Below, one piece after another: positions 12,069-25,466 of a stretch of 64,000 bases of DNA. A program made the translations under genes and the position numbers. The notes under the pieces were generated by a model, which searched no databases, was not told where the DNA came from, and saw only the letters and a program-made list of their open reading frames with translations. Position 1 is the stretch's first letter; the number at the start of each line of letters is the position of its first letter. This DNA comes from Squalus acanthias (Eukaryota), in NCBI GenBank assembly GCA_030390025.1, contig JASTWF010000048.1, positions 1,302,001-1,366,000 of the forward strand. Reading direction: 5' to 3'.

Positions 12069-12167
12069 AAATAAAAAGAGAAAATGCTGGAAATACTCAA
12101 CAGGTCAGGCAGCATCTGTGGAGAGAGAAACAGAGTTAACGTTTCAGGTCGATGACCTTTCGTTTTT
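12069..12167. mobile_element. ~100-bp insertion with a 15-bp target-site duplication; paralogs at ~44428-44525 and ~63663-63765
   Basis: ataaattaagggcta at both 12054-12068 and 12168-12182. The empty site is present in other cassettes (e.g. ~1354). Resembles a shark Penelope-associated short repeat, from recall. Confidence 0.75.
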
Positions 12168-13344
12168 ATAAATTAAGGGCTATTGGATAAGAGCAGAGAT
12201 TGGGACGAATTGTTTTGGGGAGACTAATACTCGTCGTCATAAATATACACGAATACATCTACTAGGGAATTCAGGAGCAATCTACTTTCACATCGAGTGA
12301 TGAGATGCATTTTACAGGAAGCTATATAAGGACAGGCGGGAGAAACGGATAGAAGGATATGCTTATATGGTGAGATGAAAAGGGCTGGGAGGAGAATCAT
12401 GTGGGACTAATTGGAAAGCCCTTTCCAGCAGCCAGACCGGCTCGATGTGCCGAATTGTCACCTTCTGTGCTGTACCTTTAATGATTCTATAAACCACGGG
12501 ACATGTTTGCGTCAATGTTCCCTCCAGTTTCAGGCAGTGCGGGTTTCAGTTCCCATTTGCGAAACGAGAATTAAAGGGTTAAATTCTTCGCGGGGCTGCA
12601 CTACTAGATTCTTTGAAAAACACATCAAAAGGCATCAAGAGTTTGATAGACAGGTGGGTTAACGGTTTTAAACAGACACTCAAATATCTGTCAGTAGGCA
12701 GGTGTTCCAGTGAGAAACGGATGTGGAGCAGCATCTCGCCTTTGCACAGGGTGAAACATCGGTCACCCGCTTAAAGGTTCTAAGATGAACTATTTCGTAC
12801 TTGTACAGTGTTGTGGTGCTTAGTGCAGAGAAGGTTAAGGGGAGATTTGAAAGAGCTGTTCATAATCATGATTTATTTCATGGATTAGGTAAGGAGAAAC
12901 TGTATCCAGTGTCAGGAGGATCGATAAACAGAGGAGGCAGATTTAAGGTAATTGACAAAAGAGCCAGAGGGCGAGAGGAGTTGAATCTTCTTTCTCAGTG
13001 AATTATTATGATCTGGAATGCGCTGCCTGAACGAGTTGTGAAGCAGATTCAATAGTAATTTTCAAAAAGGATTTGGAGCAATACTTGAAGCGGAATTATA
13101 TTCAGTGCTGTGGAGAACGGTCATGGGATTGTGACCAATTGGATAGCTCCTTCAGAATTCCAGCACATGCTCGATGGACCGAATGGCCTTCTTCTCTGTT
13201 TTTTCATTCTATGATTCTATGATAATCAGCGCATCTCTCGTCGGTATTTCGATAGCGCAAGTAACAGTTGGGATAAGCACCTATTCACTTCTATAATCGG
13301 GTGCTATGCGTAATTCCTTCCCATATTCCTATGCCCGTTCTTTC

Positions 13345-13645
13345 ATAAGCACATATGAAGTAATAGCAGGAGTAGGCCATAGGACCCCTCAAACCTGCTT
13401 CGCCATTCAATAAGATCGTGGCTGATCTTCGACCTCAACTCCACTTTCCCCGCCCGATGTCCATCTCCCTTGATTCCCCTGAGTTCAAAAATATATCTAT
13501 CTCAGCCTTGAATATACTCAAAGACTCAGCATTCATAGCCCTCTGGGGCACAGAATTCCAAACACTCACAACCCTCTGAGTGAAGAAATTGTTCCTCATC
13601 TCAATCTTAAATGGCCTACCCCTTATCCTGAGATTATGCGCCCCA
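13345..13645 (-). mobile_element. 5'-truncated CR1 3' end, specific to cassette 2
   Basis: HNLRIRGRPFKIEMRNNFFTQRVVSVWN plus 3'UTR; absent from paralogous positions. Confidence 0.85.
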
Positions 13646-13799
13646 ACAGGTACATTAACCCATTTACCCCACCTCATAATCTCTTGTTAAAATGTAGAGG
13701 AACCCATAATAAAACGCACATGCGAAATGTTGATACAGCATTTTAAGTCATTAATAATCTATTGGAATAATCTGAAGTGATATCGAGTAAGAAGATGAA

Positions 13800-14150
13800 A
13801 AGGTCGATGCAGGGAGGATGTTTCCAGTCTGGGGAATCTAGAACCAGGGGTCACCGTGTCAGAATAAGGGTTCGGCCATTTAAGACTGAGATGAGGAAGA
13901 ATTTCTCCACTCAGAGGGTGGTGAATCTTTAGAACTATCTACCTCAGAGGGCTGTGGAGGTTCAGTCGTTGAGTATATTTAAGACAGAGATCGATAGATT
14001 TTTGATTATTAATAGAATCAAGGGATTTGGGGTTAGTTCAGGAAAGTGCAGATGAGGCAGAAGATCAGCCATGATCTTACTGAATTGCGGAGCAGCCTCG
14101 AAGGGCCAAATGGGCTACTCCTGCTCCTATTCCTTCTGTTCTTAGGTTCT
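13800..14150 (+). mobile_element. 5'-truncated CR1 3' end, specific to cassette 2
   Basis: CR1 ORF2 end and UTR with a ttcttag/ttcttat tail; probable atgaa target-site duplication. Confidence 0.85.
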
Positions 14151-14409
14151 TATGAATCAATATGAATAAAATGTAATCCGTGATACGTCATTTATTTAAA
14201 CGGTATGACTTAAAGCATAGTGATAGATAGATGATAAAACGATAGATAGATAGATCGATCTGAGCTAGATAGATAATGTGATAGATAGACCACAGCTGGA
14301 CAGGCAGATCGGTGATAGATCGATGTATAGATGGCAGTTGGACAGAGAGATAGATATTTAGATAGATAGATAGACGGACAGAAAGTAAGACAGGCAGATA
14401 GATTGATAA

Positions 14410-14795
14410 CAAATAGCGCCTTTCACTATCACCGGACGTCCCCAAGCGCTTTGCAGCCAATTAAGTACTTTTGAAGTGCAGTCACTGTTGTAATGTGGAA
14501 AACGCAGCAGCCAATTTGCAAACAGCAAGATCCCAGAAACAGCAATGTGATAATGACCACGTAATCTGTTGTGTTATGTTGGTTGCGGGATAAATATTGA
14601 CACCAGGACACCGGGGATAACTCCCCTACTCCTCTTCGATATAGTGGCCATGGGAACTTGTACGTCCACCTGAGAGAGCAGACGGGGCCTCGGTTAAACG
14701 TCTCATCCGAAAGACGGCACCACCAACAGTGCAGCACTTCCTCGGCACTGCACGGTAGTCAGCCTAGCTTTACGAGCCCAAGTCCCTGGAGGGGG
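14410..14795 (-). mobile_element. Deu-domain SINE (SacSINE1-like) with an unexpanded core, inserted in the GATA microsatellite
   Basis: Core gtctcatccgaaagacggcaccaccaacagtgcagcacttcctcggcactgcac; absent from the other cassettes. Confidence 0.8.
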
Positions 14796-14879
14796 ATGGA
14801 GTAAAGAGACACACAAACAGACTCACAGAAAGTCAACGAGAGAGATCTATCTTCCACAGTTATTTCCTGCCGACTTTGG

Positions 14880-14918
14880 GGTTTTTGTTCAGCTCCTCCA
14901 TCTCTCTGAGTCACTGTG
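14880..14918 (-). other. 23-RSS of A2
   Basis: CACAGTG-23-ACAAAAACC. Confidence 0.97.
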
Positions 14919-15814
14919 CAGACTCCAGGCGCAATAATACACGGCCGAGTGATTCGCCCACAGACTGGAGGACTCCAGGTAGAAGTGGGTGTTGTCGGGT
15001 CTCCTGGCGGTAAAACCGTCCACCTCACCAGACGGAGTGACAATTTCGGCACCATTAGAATAGAAAAGGTTTTCAGGCTCCCTGTTGGGATGCCACCGGT
15101 ACCAGTAGAAAAAGGAGCCAGCTGCTGCTTCTGTGTAAAGGCACTCGATGCGAATTGGAGTGCCCGGGAGATTGGATATGGAAGCGGGAGTCTGTTCGAT
15201 CAGCACGGCCCCCACATCTGGAAAACAGAGAAAGAGAGAGGCAGTGAGAATTTGCATGTAGACACCCGCCACGAAGGGGCAGACGAGGGGAGAGAGAGAG
15301 TGAGGGCGAGAGGCAGCGAGAGATGCAGACAGACATAGAGAAATGGAGAGATAGAGACAGAGACAATGATAGACAGAATGTGACACAGAGAGATAAGAGG
15401 AACAATCTACACATCGACAGAGGACGAGAAGGAGCACACGAGGAGAGAGCGTTAGTAAAGAGAAAGAAAGAAAGAGGCAGAGAGAGTGAGAAAAACATAG
15501 AGGCAAAGAGAGAGAGACTCAGAAAGAGAGAGAGTGAGAGACAAGGGACATATAAACGGACAGTCAGGCAGTAAGACAGGCTGAGAGAGACACAGCGGCA
15601 GAGAGAGAATGCGGCAGAGAGAGTGAGAGGCAGAGAGAGGGAGACAGACAGACATAGAGAGCAAAATATAAACCGAGGTAGAGAGAATCTACACCCGCCC
15701 GCGGTGTGAAGTGACACAAGGGGAAATAAAAGTGAGGGGCGCTGGAATCTCACAGCCCAGCTCCACCTTACCCGTTAACATCAGCAACACAACCCAGAGC
15801 TGAGAAGCGGCCAT
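14919..15814 (-). CDS. TRBV: TCR V gene A2 (TRBV30-like), apparently functional
   Basis: Leader 15814-15772 MAASQLWVVLLMLT; V exon 15217-14919 open to YYCAWSL; splice sites and RSS intact. Confidence 0.9.
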
Positions 15815-16885
15815 CTCTGGAGGGAGAAAGATCCGGATGTTTAATGAGTGAAATCACTGAGCTGTTTTATTGTAGAATATCACAAAGCTCTGAGCACTGT
15901 GTGGAATTTACTCTCCCATCCTCGCCAATGTTAAACTTTCGGATGGGAGGGGCCAATCTATCTTCACTTGTTCATTGGCTCCCACATCGGGCTGGTCCTT
16001 TCCGGGGCGTGGCTAATGAGGATCCCGGATAATCGGCGGCCTGCCTCCTCCCTTTCATGGCAGGGCCGGGGGTTCTTAAAACCTGCAACAACCCCAAGAC
16101 TCCATCTGGGATGGCAGTGATGCTGAGGGAGTGAGAAAAGGGAATTATACTGTCTGTCTGACTCATTCTGTGGATTTAATCCGTATCTAATCAGTGAGTG
16201 ATGGGCTATATTCCGTATCTAACCAGGGAGTTAGGGACTTTACACGGAGTCTAAATATTGACTGAAGGGCTTTACTTTGTATCTAATCAGTGAGTGGTGG
16301 ACTTCACTCTGTAGCTAAGTAATGGATCATGGGCTTTAAACTGTAACCAACAGTATATGATGTGACTCACTCTGTACCTAATCAATAATTGATGGGCTTC
16401 ACTCTGTATCAAATCAATGACTCATGGGCGGTACTCTGTATTCAATCGCTGTACCAAACAGGGCTGCCAATGTATCTAAACCGTGATCTCACTTATCTAA
16501 ACCGTCTTGACCGGATATCTAAGCCGTGCTGCACATGTATTTAATCAGTTCCTTCCCTGTACCTAACCCGTACTGTGCCTGTATCTAATGTGTGCTGTCC
16601 CTGTAAAATGTGTGTTGTTCCTGTGTCTTACGAGTGCTGTACCTGTATCTAACCCGTGCAGCCCATATATTGAATCAGTTCAGTCCCTGTACATATCCTG
16701 TACTCTCCCTGCATCTTAAGCATGCTCTCCCTGTGTCAAACCCGTACTGTCCTGTATCTAACCGGAGCTCTCCGTTCTCTCACACCAAACCCGCCACGCC
16801 ACTCACACCCTTTGCCTCTGGATTGACTCCACTCCCAACAAAGCAGCGACTGGTTCGGTCCTGAGCCCCGTTCTCTGCTGCACCG

Positions 16886-17353
16886 GGTTTTTGTTGCACC
16901 GCCCCGCCTGCTTCTCTCACTGTGGAGTCGCCAGGCGCAGTAATACACCCCCGAGTGGTTCGCTCACAGGTGGGCCGTTTGCAGGTGGATGGCGGAGTCG
17001 TCGGTTCGAGAGGCGGTGAAGCCGTCCAGCTCTCCCGCCGGGTCGATGCGTTCGGTATTGGGAGAGTAGAAGAGCAGCACGAGCTCTCCGTCTGGGAGCT
17101 GGCGGTACCAGGAAAACTCTGAGCTGAAGGAACCCTTCGCAGAACAGCGGATCCGCACTGGCGAGTGCAGGGAATGGGAGATTAAAGGCGGACTTTGCTG
17201 AACTTTGCCGCTCGCTACACCTGAGAAAAGTAGGAAAATGATCGGTTAAAAAAGGGGGCCATTGACATTCGGAGCCAAACTGCGCCCAAGCAATGCCGAG
17301 GGAGACTTACTGTGCAACACCAGTGCAGACACAAGACATCGGGTGAAATGCAT
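16886..17353 (-). pseudogene. TCR V pseudogene B2 with a single nonsense codon
   Basis: Leader 17353-17311 MHFTRCLVSALVLH; V exon 17220-16925 in frame except TGA at 16966-16964 (CGA in paralogs); perfect RSS at 16924-16886. Confidence 0.9.
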
Positions 17354-17844
17354 TTTGTTGTACAGTTTGCAGAGGAGAAACAAACCGGGATTTTGAAAAA
17401 AAACCTGCTCTCCCGGCGGCTGCGTGGCGGCTTTATGTTATTGCAGTTCTGTTTGATTGACAGCTGTGGCCGCTCACAACCGGCCCCGCCCCCTTACAGC
17501 CTGATTGACAGCTGTCGCTGTAACCCCGCCCCCTCCCAGCTTCTCTCGACTCCTCACGCAACCGAAGTCCCTCTTCCCTGTTACCATTCTGTTAATTCTC
17601 CCCTGCAAGTTCTCTCTGGCCTTGTTATCCTTCCTAAGGTACCTTGCCCAGGATTGGATTCACATTTCTACCTGGGGCTGCAGAAAATCGTTTCTCAATG
17701 TCTAAGAGTAGAAACAAAACTAACAACGCTGTGAGGAAGTTGTTCCTCAATTCGATTCTGACACAGCCCCAGAAATAATACAGTAAATTGGACAAAATTG
17801 AATTGCATCCTGGAGGTAAAATGTAATCATGCAGTCCGTAAGGG

Positions 17845-18033
17845 TGACCCCGAGCTTCCGGTCGCCTGTCACTTTAATTCTCCGCTCCACTCCCGCTGAG
17901 TCCTCACCGTCCTCGGCCCCTTACACTGTTCCAATGAAGCTCAACGTAAGTTCGAGGAACAGCACCTCATCTTTAGATTAGGCACTTAACAGCCTTCTGG
18001 ACTCAACATAGAGATCAACAATTTCAGACCATA
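17845..18033 (+). mobile_element. Penelope-like element, GIY-YIG endonuclease C-terminal fragment
   Basis: Translates to DPELPVACHFNSPLHS..LGPLHCSNEAQRKFEEQHLIFRLGT*QPSGLNIE. Confidence 0.8.
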
Positions 18034-20569
18034 ACCTCTGCCCCTTTCCTTTTTTTCCAATGTTTTTCCTTCTTTCTTTCTGTCTTTCCTTCTTTCTTTA
18101 TTTCTCTCCAAGTTTCTTTTTCTTTGTCTTTCATTCTTTGTCTATCACTTTCTCTCTTTCTTTCCTCATTTCTTTTATATTCAACATTTTTTTGTCTGCC
18201 TTTCTTACTTAACCCGAGGCTCCATGTGAGATGGCAGTAATGGTGAGTTTATTAAACAACCTCTTTCTGCCTTTCTTTCCCCCTCTTTCAATCTCTCTTT
18301 CTCTTTGACATTCTACTTGCCTTTGTTTCCTGCTTTCATTCCATCGCTCCCTTTACTTTCTTTCTACTTTTATCATTAACTTTGCCTTCTTGTCGTCTCC
18401 CTTCTATGTCTTTCTAAATTAACAATAACAACTTGCATTTATATAGCGCCTTTAAAGTAGTAAAACGTCCCAAGGATTTTCACAGGAGCGTTATCAAAAA
18501 AAAATTGACAATGAGCCACTTAAGGAGACATTAGGAAAAATGGCCAAAAGCTTGCTTAAAGAGGGTGGTTTTCAATGGCGCCTTAAAGGAGCAGTGAGTG
18601 GTCGAGAGGCGGAGAGGCTCAGCGAGAGATTTGAAGTGCTTACGGCCTCGGCAGCTGAAGGCACGGACGCCAATGGTGAAGCAATTATAACCGTGGATGT
18701 GGAGCAGCCCAGAATTGCAAGAACGCAGATATCTCGTACGGTTGTGGGGCTGGAGGAGGTTTCAGAGAGAGTGCGGTGAGCCACGGAGGGATTTGAAATC
18801 AAACATGAGAATTTTCAAACGGAGGCGTTGCTCAACCGGGAGCCAATGCAGGTCAGCGAGCACAGGGGTGATGGTTGAACGGGGCTTGGTACGAGTTAGA
18901 ATAAGGGCAGCACAGTTATAGTTTAGGGAGGCTGGAAATTGGAAGGCCGGCCAGTAGGGCGTTGGAATATTCAAGTCTGTAGGTAACAACGGCATGGATC
19001 AGGGTTACAGCAGCGGATGAGCTGAGGCAGGGGCAGAATCAGTGATGTTACGGAGGTTCAAGTAGGCGGTCTTAATGATGGTGCGAAGTTCTGCAGTGGT
19101 GTTCCCCAATGGTCAGGTTTGGATCCATTAATCTTTGCAATTTTTACAAAAACTTCCTAGACTCGGTTCAAGGAGCAGTATCATAAAGTATTCAAATGAT
19201 GCATAACCTTTGGAAGTAGTAGATGGTGATTAGGACAGTTGTAGAATTCAGGATGACATAAACATGACGGCGAAATCGGCAGAAGCATGGCAGATGGACT
19301 TCAACGTGGAGAAGTGTGAAGTGGTCCTCTTTGGAGCACTAATATGGAAGGACAGGATACTATAAATGGCACGATTTAGCAAAGTGTAGATCAGCAGAGA
19401 GACCTTGTTGTCCATAAATATATTAAAACTTAAAGGCGACAGGGTAATTGATAATGTGGTTTAAAAAGCAGATGGGTTACTTGAGTTTATAAATCGTTCA
19501 ATAGAAAATAAAAAGAAAGAGATCATAATGGAACTTTAGGAAACACTGGTTAGGCCTCAGCTGGAGTACTCTAGACAATTCTGTCACCTAACTGAAGGAA
19601 TGATGTAAAGGCCTTAGAAAGGGTACAGAGGAGGTTTACCAGGAAGTTACCAGGAAAGAGGGACTTCAGATATGAGGAGAGGTTGGTAAAGTTAGGTCTG
19701 TTCTCCTTGCAACAGAAATGTTTAAGAGGTGACCTAATAGAGATTTTCAAGACAATGACAGGTTTTGATGGAGAAAATTATAGAAGTAGAAAAAACTATT
19801 CCCTCTGGCGAGTGTGTCAATAGCGATCGTGCATGGAAATCTATAAAAATAGGCGTGGCTCATTCTGTACCAAAGCAGGTCGGGCACAGACTACATTGAA
19901 GCCACAGCGCCAGCTAATGGCAACAACGTGCAACTACAAGCAACTGGATCTTGTTACTTTCCAGGTACAACTGATATGGTAGGTATTTTCAACTCATGTC
20001 CTAAAATTGATTTGGCTTCTAATTATTTTCCCCTCTGCTTCAGATGTTGATGATCTAACATAGAATTGCATGGAATTTACAACACGGAATCCTCTCCAAT
20101 TGGACAATGCTGGGCTTTATCCTGTACACGAGGCACCTCCCACCTCACTTCATCTCACCATATTAGCAGAACCTTCTACTCCTTTCTCCCTAGAGTCTTT
20201 ATCCAGCTTCTATGGAATTTGCCTCAAGCAGTCCATGTGGTAGCATGTTCCACGTTCTCAGCACTCTCTGGATCAAGAGGTTTTTCCTGAATTCCTTTTT
20301 TAATTTTGTAGTGACTATCTTATATACATGGCTCGTATTTTGGATCAACTGCATTAGTTGAAACATAATCTCTACATCTACCCTATCAAAACCTTCCATG
20401 AACTTAAATTATTCCAAGTGTGGTCTAACAACGCTATATGGAGACCAAATCTGTGTATGGTATTCTCAGTGTGTTCTAACCAATTTATATGGAGATTAGA
20501 ACTGAGCGCTCGGCGCTGTTCTCTGAATCCTCTGTAAACTTACACGAGTCTGACGGCAGTTCGTCTGAG

Positions 20570-20608
20570 GGTTTTTGTCGAGGCGGCGGATGACTCTGAA
20601 ACGCTGTG
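20570..20608 (-). other. 23-RSS of C2
   Basis: CACAGCG-23-ACAAAAACC. Confidence 0.95.
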
Positions 20609-21396
20609 TCCCATCAGTAGCTGCACAGAAATACACCGCCGCATCCGTGTGTTTAACGCTGTCGATCTTCAGAGTGGATTTCTTATTTTCCACAGTCCTC
20701 GTAATGGCAAACCCGCTCTCAAAACCCTCTCCATACTGAGCTTCACTGTTGAAATAAATAGACCCGATGTAGGTGAATCCTTGTCCAGCGGATTGCCGAT
20801 ACCACAGCATGTTAGTGCGGACTGTTCCATTCTGATAACAATTTAACTCGGCCTCTCCTCGCGGATCAACAGTAATCGAAGTCGGCCACTGATGGATCAC
20901 ATCCGCCAGCGAACAGTCTGAAAAAGAGGCGGCAGAGATGATAAAAAACAATCTGATGTAATTGACAAACTCGTCTGGCGTTTCAAATTATGCCCTGGGC
21001 GGAAAACCGGCATTCCCAAACACCTGTTAAATTCAACCGGATAATTCTGGGATTATCACCAAATGAACAACATAATGGCGATTATCCTACAGTTAGGTAA
21101 GAAAGAACGAGATTCCGCAAACTTAAATTATAATGAGAACAATTAACGCATCAATAAATATTAAAACAGCTAAAATAACATTAAACGCCTTAAATTGTGT
21201 AAATGCAAATAATATGTCGATTTAAATATTTGATTGCTCATAGATAATTGCTCGTTAATCATGATAGAATACCAAAATGTAGATTAGTAAATATTTTTTA
21301 TGAATGGATGATACTAGTACATCACTTGTAATTCTTCAAAATTATCTTACTCGGTGCCAGCAATAAAAGAGCAAAGGCCAACAAATTGAAAGGCAT
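20609..21396 (-). CDS. TRBV: TCR V gene C2, apparently functional
   Basis: Leader 21396-21351 MPFNLLAFALLLLAP; V exon 20917-20609 open to YFCAATDG. Confidence 0.9.
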
Positions 21397-21459
21397 CGTT
21401 GTGGGCGATCGACGATCTAATGCCCCTAATGGGGACTAACAGAGAGAGCGACGCTAATT

Positions 21460-21500
21460 AATATGCATATGCAAATACCGTGGTCAGAACCGGATGATGC
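21460..21500 (-). promoter_or_regulatory. Family-C promoter with an octamer (ATTTGCAT in gene sense)
   Basis: ATGCAAAT at 21469-21476, 73 bp upstream of the ATG. Also perfect at 53618-53625; ATGCAAAA in the other copies. ETS-like ccggaa/ccggat nearby. Confidence 0.55.
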
Positions 21501-21514
21501 ACAGGTAAACAGAA

Positions 21515-23460
21515 AGAAAGAACTTGCATTTCTGAAGCGCGTTTCACGACCTCAGAGCGTCCCAAAGCGCTCTGCAACCAATGAAGTATTTTTCCCGTGT
21601 AGTCGCTGTCGTAATACAGGAAACCCGGCAGACCAATTGCGCACAGCATGATCTCACAAAGAGAAATGTGTTCCGTCAGAAGATAATCTGCTTTTAAGTC
21701 GTTTTGTTTCAGGGAATCATATTGGCCAGGACAACGGGAGAAATGCGAAATAGTATGCGTGCGCAACTTAACCTCCACCTGAGAGGGAAGGCAGGGCCTC
21801 GGTTTCAGTGCTCCCTCCATTTGCAGCTTCCAACAGTGCATACTCCTTCAGCACTGCCCCTCCGACAGTGCAGCGCTCCCTCAGTACTGCCCCTCCGACG
21901 GTGCAGAGCTCCCTCAGTACTACCCGTCCGACACTGCAGATCTCCCTCAGTGCTTCCCCTCCGACAGTTCAGAGCTCCCTCACTACGACCCCTCCGAAAA
22001 TGCACCGCCATCTCAGTACTTCCCCTCCCACAGTAGAGGCTCGCTCGGTACTGCCTCTCTGACAGTGCAGCGCTGATTCGGGACTGTCCCTCCAACAGCA
22101 CAGCGTTTCCTCAGTACTACAGATCTGATAGTGCAGTGCCCCCTCAGTACTCCCCGCTGACAGTGCAGCGATCCCTCTGTCCTGCTCATCCAAAAGTGCA
22201 GCATCCCTCAGTTCTGCGCCTCCGACTATGCAGCGCTCCCTCATCACTGCCCCTCCGGCAGTGCAGTGATCCCTCATTACTGCCCCTACAACAGTGCAAC
22301 ACTCCCTCAGTACCGCCGCTCTGACAGTGCAGCACACCCTCAGCACCACCGATGCCACAGCGCAGCATTTTCTTCAGGACTGCCCCTCCAACACTCCAGC
22401 TTTCCCTCAGTGCTGCTCTCTGACAGGGCAGCCCTTCTTCAGTACTTCCACTCCGACAGTGCAGCGCTCCCTCAGTACTGTCCCTCTGAGAATGCAGCGC
22501 TCCCTCAGTACGTCCCCTCCAACAGTGCAGCGCTCCCTTAGTACGGACCCTCCGACAGTACAGCGCACCACCAGAACTGCCCCTCGGACAGTGCAGTGCT
22601 CCCTCATTACTGTCCCTCCGATAGTGCAGCACTCCCTCAGAATTGCCCCTCGGACTGTACAGTGCCCCCCTCAGTACTGTCGCTCCGACAGAGCAGCTCT
22701 CCCTCAGTACTGACCCTCCGAATGTTCAGCGCTCCCTCTGTACTGCCCCTCCGACAGTGCAGCGCTCCCTCAGTACTGATCCTCCGACAGTGCAGCACTC
22801 CCTCGGTACTGCTCCTCTGAGTGCAGCGCTCCCTCAGTACTGCTCCTTCGACAGTGCAGCACAACCTCAGTACTGCTCCTCCGGCAGTGCAGCTCTCCCT
22901 CACTAAGACCCCTCCAACAGTGCAGCGCCTTCTCAATACTGCCCATCCAACAGTACAGGGCTCCCTCGGTATTGCCTCTCTGACAGTGAAGCGCTCCCTC
23001 AGTACTGCCCCTCCGACAGTACAGCCCTACCTCAGGAATGCCCCTCTGACTGTGCAGTGCCCCCTCAGTACTGCCACTCTGACAGTGCAGCGCTCCCTCA
23101 ATAATGCCCCTCAGACAGTGCAGCGCTCCCTCAGTACTGCCCCTCAGAAAGTGCAGGGCTCCCTCAGTACTGCTCCTCCGACAGTGCAGCACTCCCTCAG
23201 TACTGCTCCTGGGACAGTGCAGCTCTCCCTCAGTACTGCCTCTCCAACAGTGCGGCGCTCCCTCTGTACTGAACCTTCGACAGTGCAGCGCTCCGTCAGT
23301 ACTGCCCCTCCGACAGTGCAGCGCTCCCTCAGTGCTGTCCCTCTAACAGTCCAGCACTCCCTGATTTCTGCACTGAATTCACTTAAGTGGCTGGAGAGAG
23401 AAGCGAATCCACAACCTTCTGCTCAGAGGCGCGAATGGTACATACCCAGTCGCAGCTGAC
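21515..23460 (-). repeat. SINE containing a ~1.5 kb 33-bp minisatellite (~21830-23365)
   Basis: Tandem cagtactgcccctccgacagtgcagcgctccct units between the SINE core and the tRNA-like head. Confidence 0.9.
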
Positions 23461-25466
23461 AATATAGGACATTAATCTACAAAGATGCCTGAATAAGTTT
23501 GTCACGTTTAACTTTCATGGGATCTGTGCAACAATCATGATTAGGTAATACGACTTGTGAAGCATGGCTTCTGCAGTCGACAGTGAATGATGTCAGGGCT
23601 GAAGGACTTCAGTTGTGTGGATAGAGTAGAGAAGCTGAGATGGTTTTCCTTGGGTGGAGAAGGTTAAGGAGAGATTCACCACAATTTACCAGGATTGAGA
23701 GACTTCAGCAACGTGCAAATGCTGGAGAGTCTGGGATTTTATTCTCCTTCGAGCAGATGTGGCTCATGGGGACATTTAATGTGTTCAAACTGATAGAGAA
23801 CACGGGGAGAAGCTGTTTCCACTGGTAGGAGCGTCGCTAAGCAGAGCACTCAGATTTAGGATCATTGTGAAAATTACCCGAGGTGTAGATCAGAAGAATC
23901 ATTTTAAGTCAGCGAGTTGTCATGATACAGAATGCACTGCCTGAAATTGCGATGGAAGTAAATTCAATCGTAAATTTGAAATGGGAATTGGCTATATAGT
24001 TCAAAAGGAACATAAATTAAGGGCTATTCGCTAGGAACAGGGGGTGGGACTAATTTTATAGGGGAGGCCAAAACTAGTGGTCATAAAAATAACATAGTCA
24101 CGAATACATCTACGAGGGAATTCAGGAGCAATCTATTTACCCAAAGAGTGATGAGAATGTTTAACTTGTTACCACAAGGAGAGGTTGAAAGGAATAGTAT
24201 AGATGCATTTAAAAAAAAGCTATTTAAGGACATGAGTGAGAAAGGTTAGAAGGACACGCTGAGATGGTGAGATTAAAAGAAGTCGGAGGAGGATCATGTG
24301 GAACTAATTGGATAGCGCTTTCTAACAGCCGGACCGGGCAAGATGAGCCGAATTGCCTCCTTCTGTTCTGTACCTTTAATGATTCTATAAAGAACAGAAT
24401 ATTGTTGCGTCAAAGTTCCCTTCAGTTTCAGGCAGTGCGGGTTTAAGATCCTTATGCCCTAAACGAGAACGGAAGAATTAAATTCTTCGCGGGGCCGCAC
24501 TCCTAAATTATTTGACAAACACATTAAATGGCATCAAGAGTCTGACAGACAGGTGTCTTAACGGTTTCAAACAGACACTCAAACATCTGTCAGGATGCAG
24601 GTGTTCCAGTAAAAAACGGATCTGGAGCAGCATCTCGTATTTGCACAGGGTGAAACATCGGTCACACGTTTAAAGGTGCAGAGATGAAGTATTTCCTAAT
24701 TGTATGGGGTTGAGCCCATTAGAGCAAAGAAGGTTGAGGGGAGTTTTGAAAGAGGTGTTCAAAATCATGATTTTTTATCATGCATTATGTAAGGAGAAAT
24801 GATATCCAGTGGCAGAAGTTCGATAAACAGAGGAGACATATTTAAGGTAATTAACAAAAGAACCAGAGCGAGAGATGAGTAGAATCTTTCTCCTCAGTAA
24901 ATTGTTATGATCGAGAATGCGCTACCTGATCGGTTGGTGAAGCAGATTCAATAGTAATTTTCAAAAGCAGTTGGATAACTAATTGAAGCGGAATTATATT
25001 CAGTGCTATGAGGAACGGGTCAGGTGATTGTGCTCAATTGGATCCCAGAATGAAAAGGACATCCGAAATGTTGAAACAGCATTTTTAATAATTAATAATT
25101 TATAGTAATAATCTGAAGCAAAGGAGAGTAGGAAGATGAATCAGTATGAATAAAAAAGTAATCCATGATATCTCATTTATTTGAACGTTATGATTAAAGA
25201 ATAGCGATAGATAGATGATAAAACGATAGGTACATAGATGGTAGATAGATAGAATTTGAGATAGATCGATCAGAGCTTGATAGATAGATCGATGACAGAT
25301 CGATGCATACATCGCAGATGGATAGAGATAGATAGATAGTTCGATAGATAAATAGATAGATAGAAAGACATATAGATAGATAAATGGGTAAAGAGACACA
25401 CAAACAGACTCACAGGCAGACAACGAGACAGATCTGTCTCCCACGGTTATTTCCTGCCGCCTTTGG

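Noticed and set aside
21830-23365. CRISPR-like appearance of the 33-bp repeats
   Set aside because: Head-to-tail repeats without unique spacers, no cas genes, vertebrate context.
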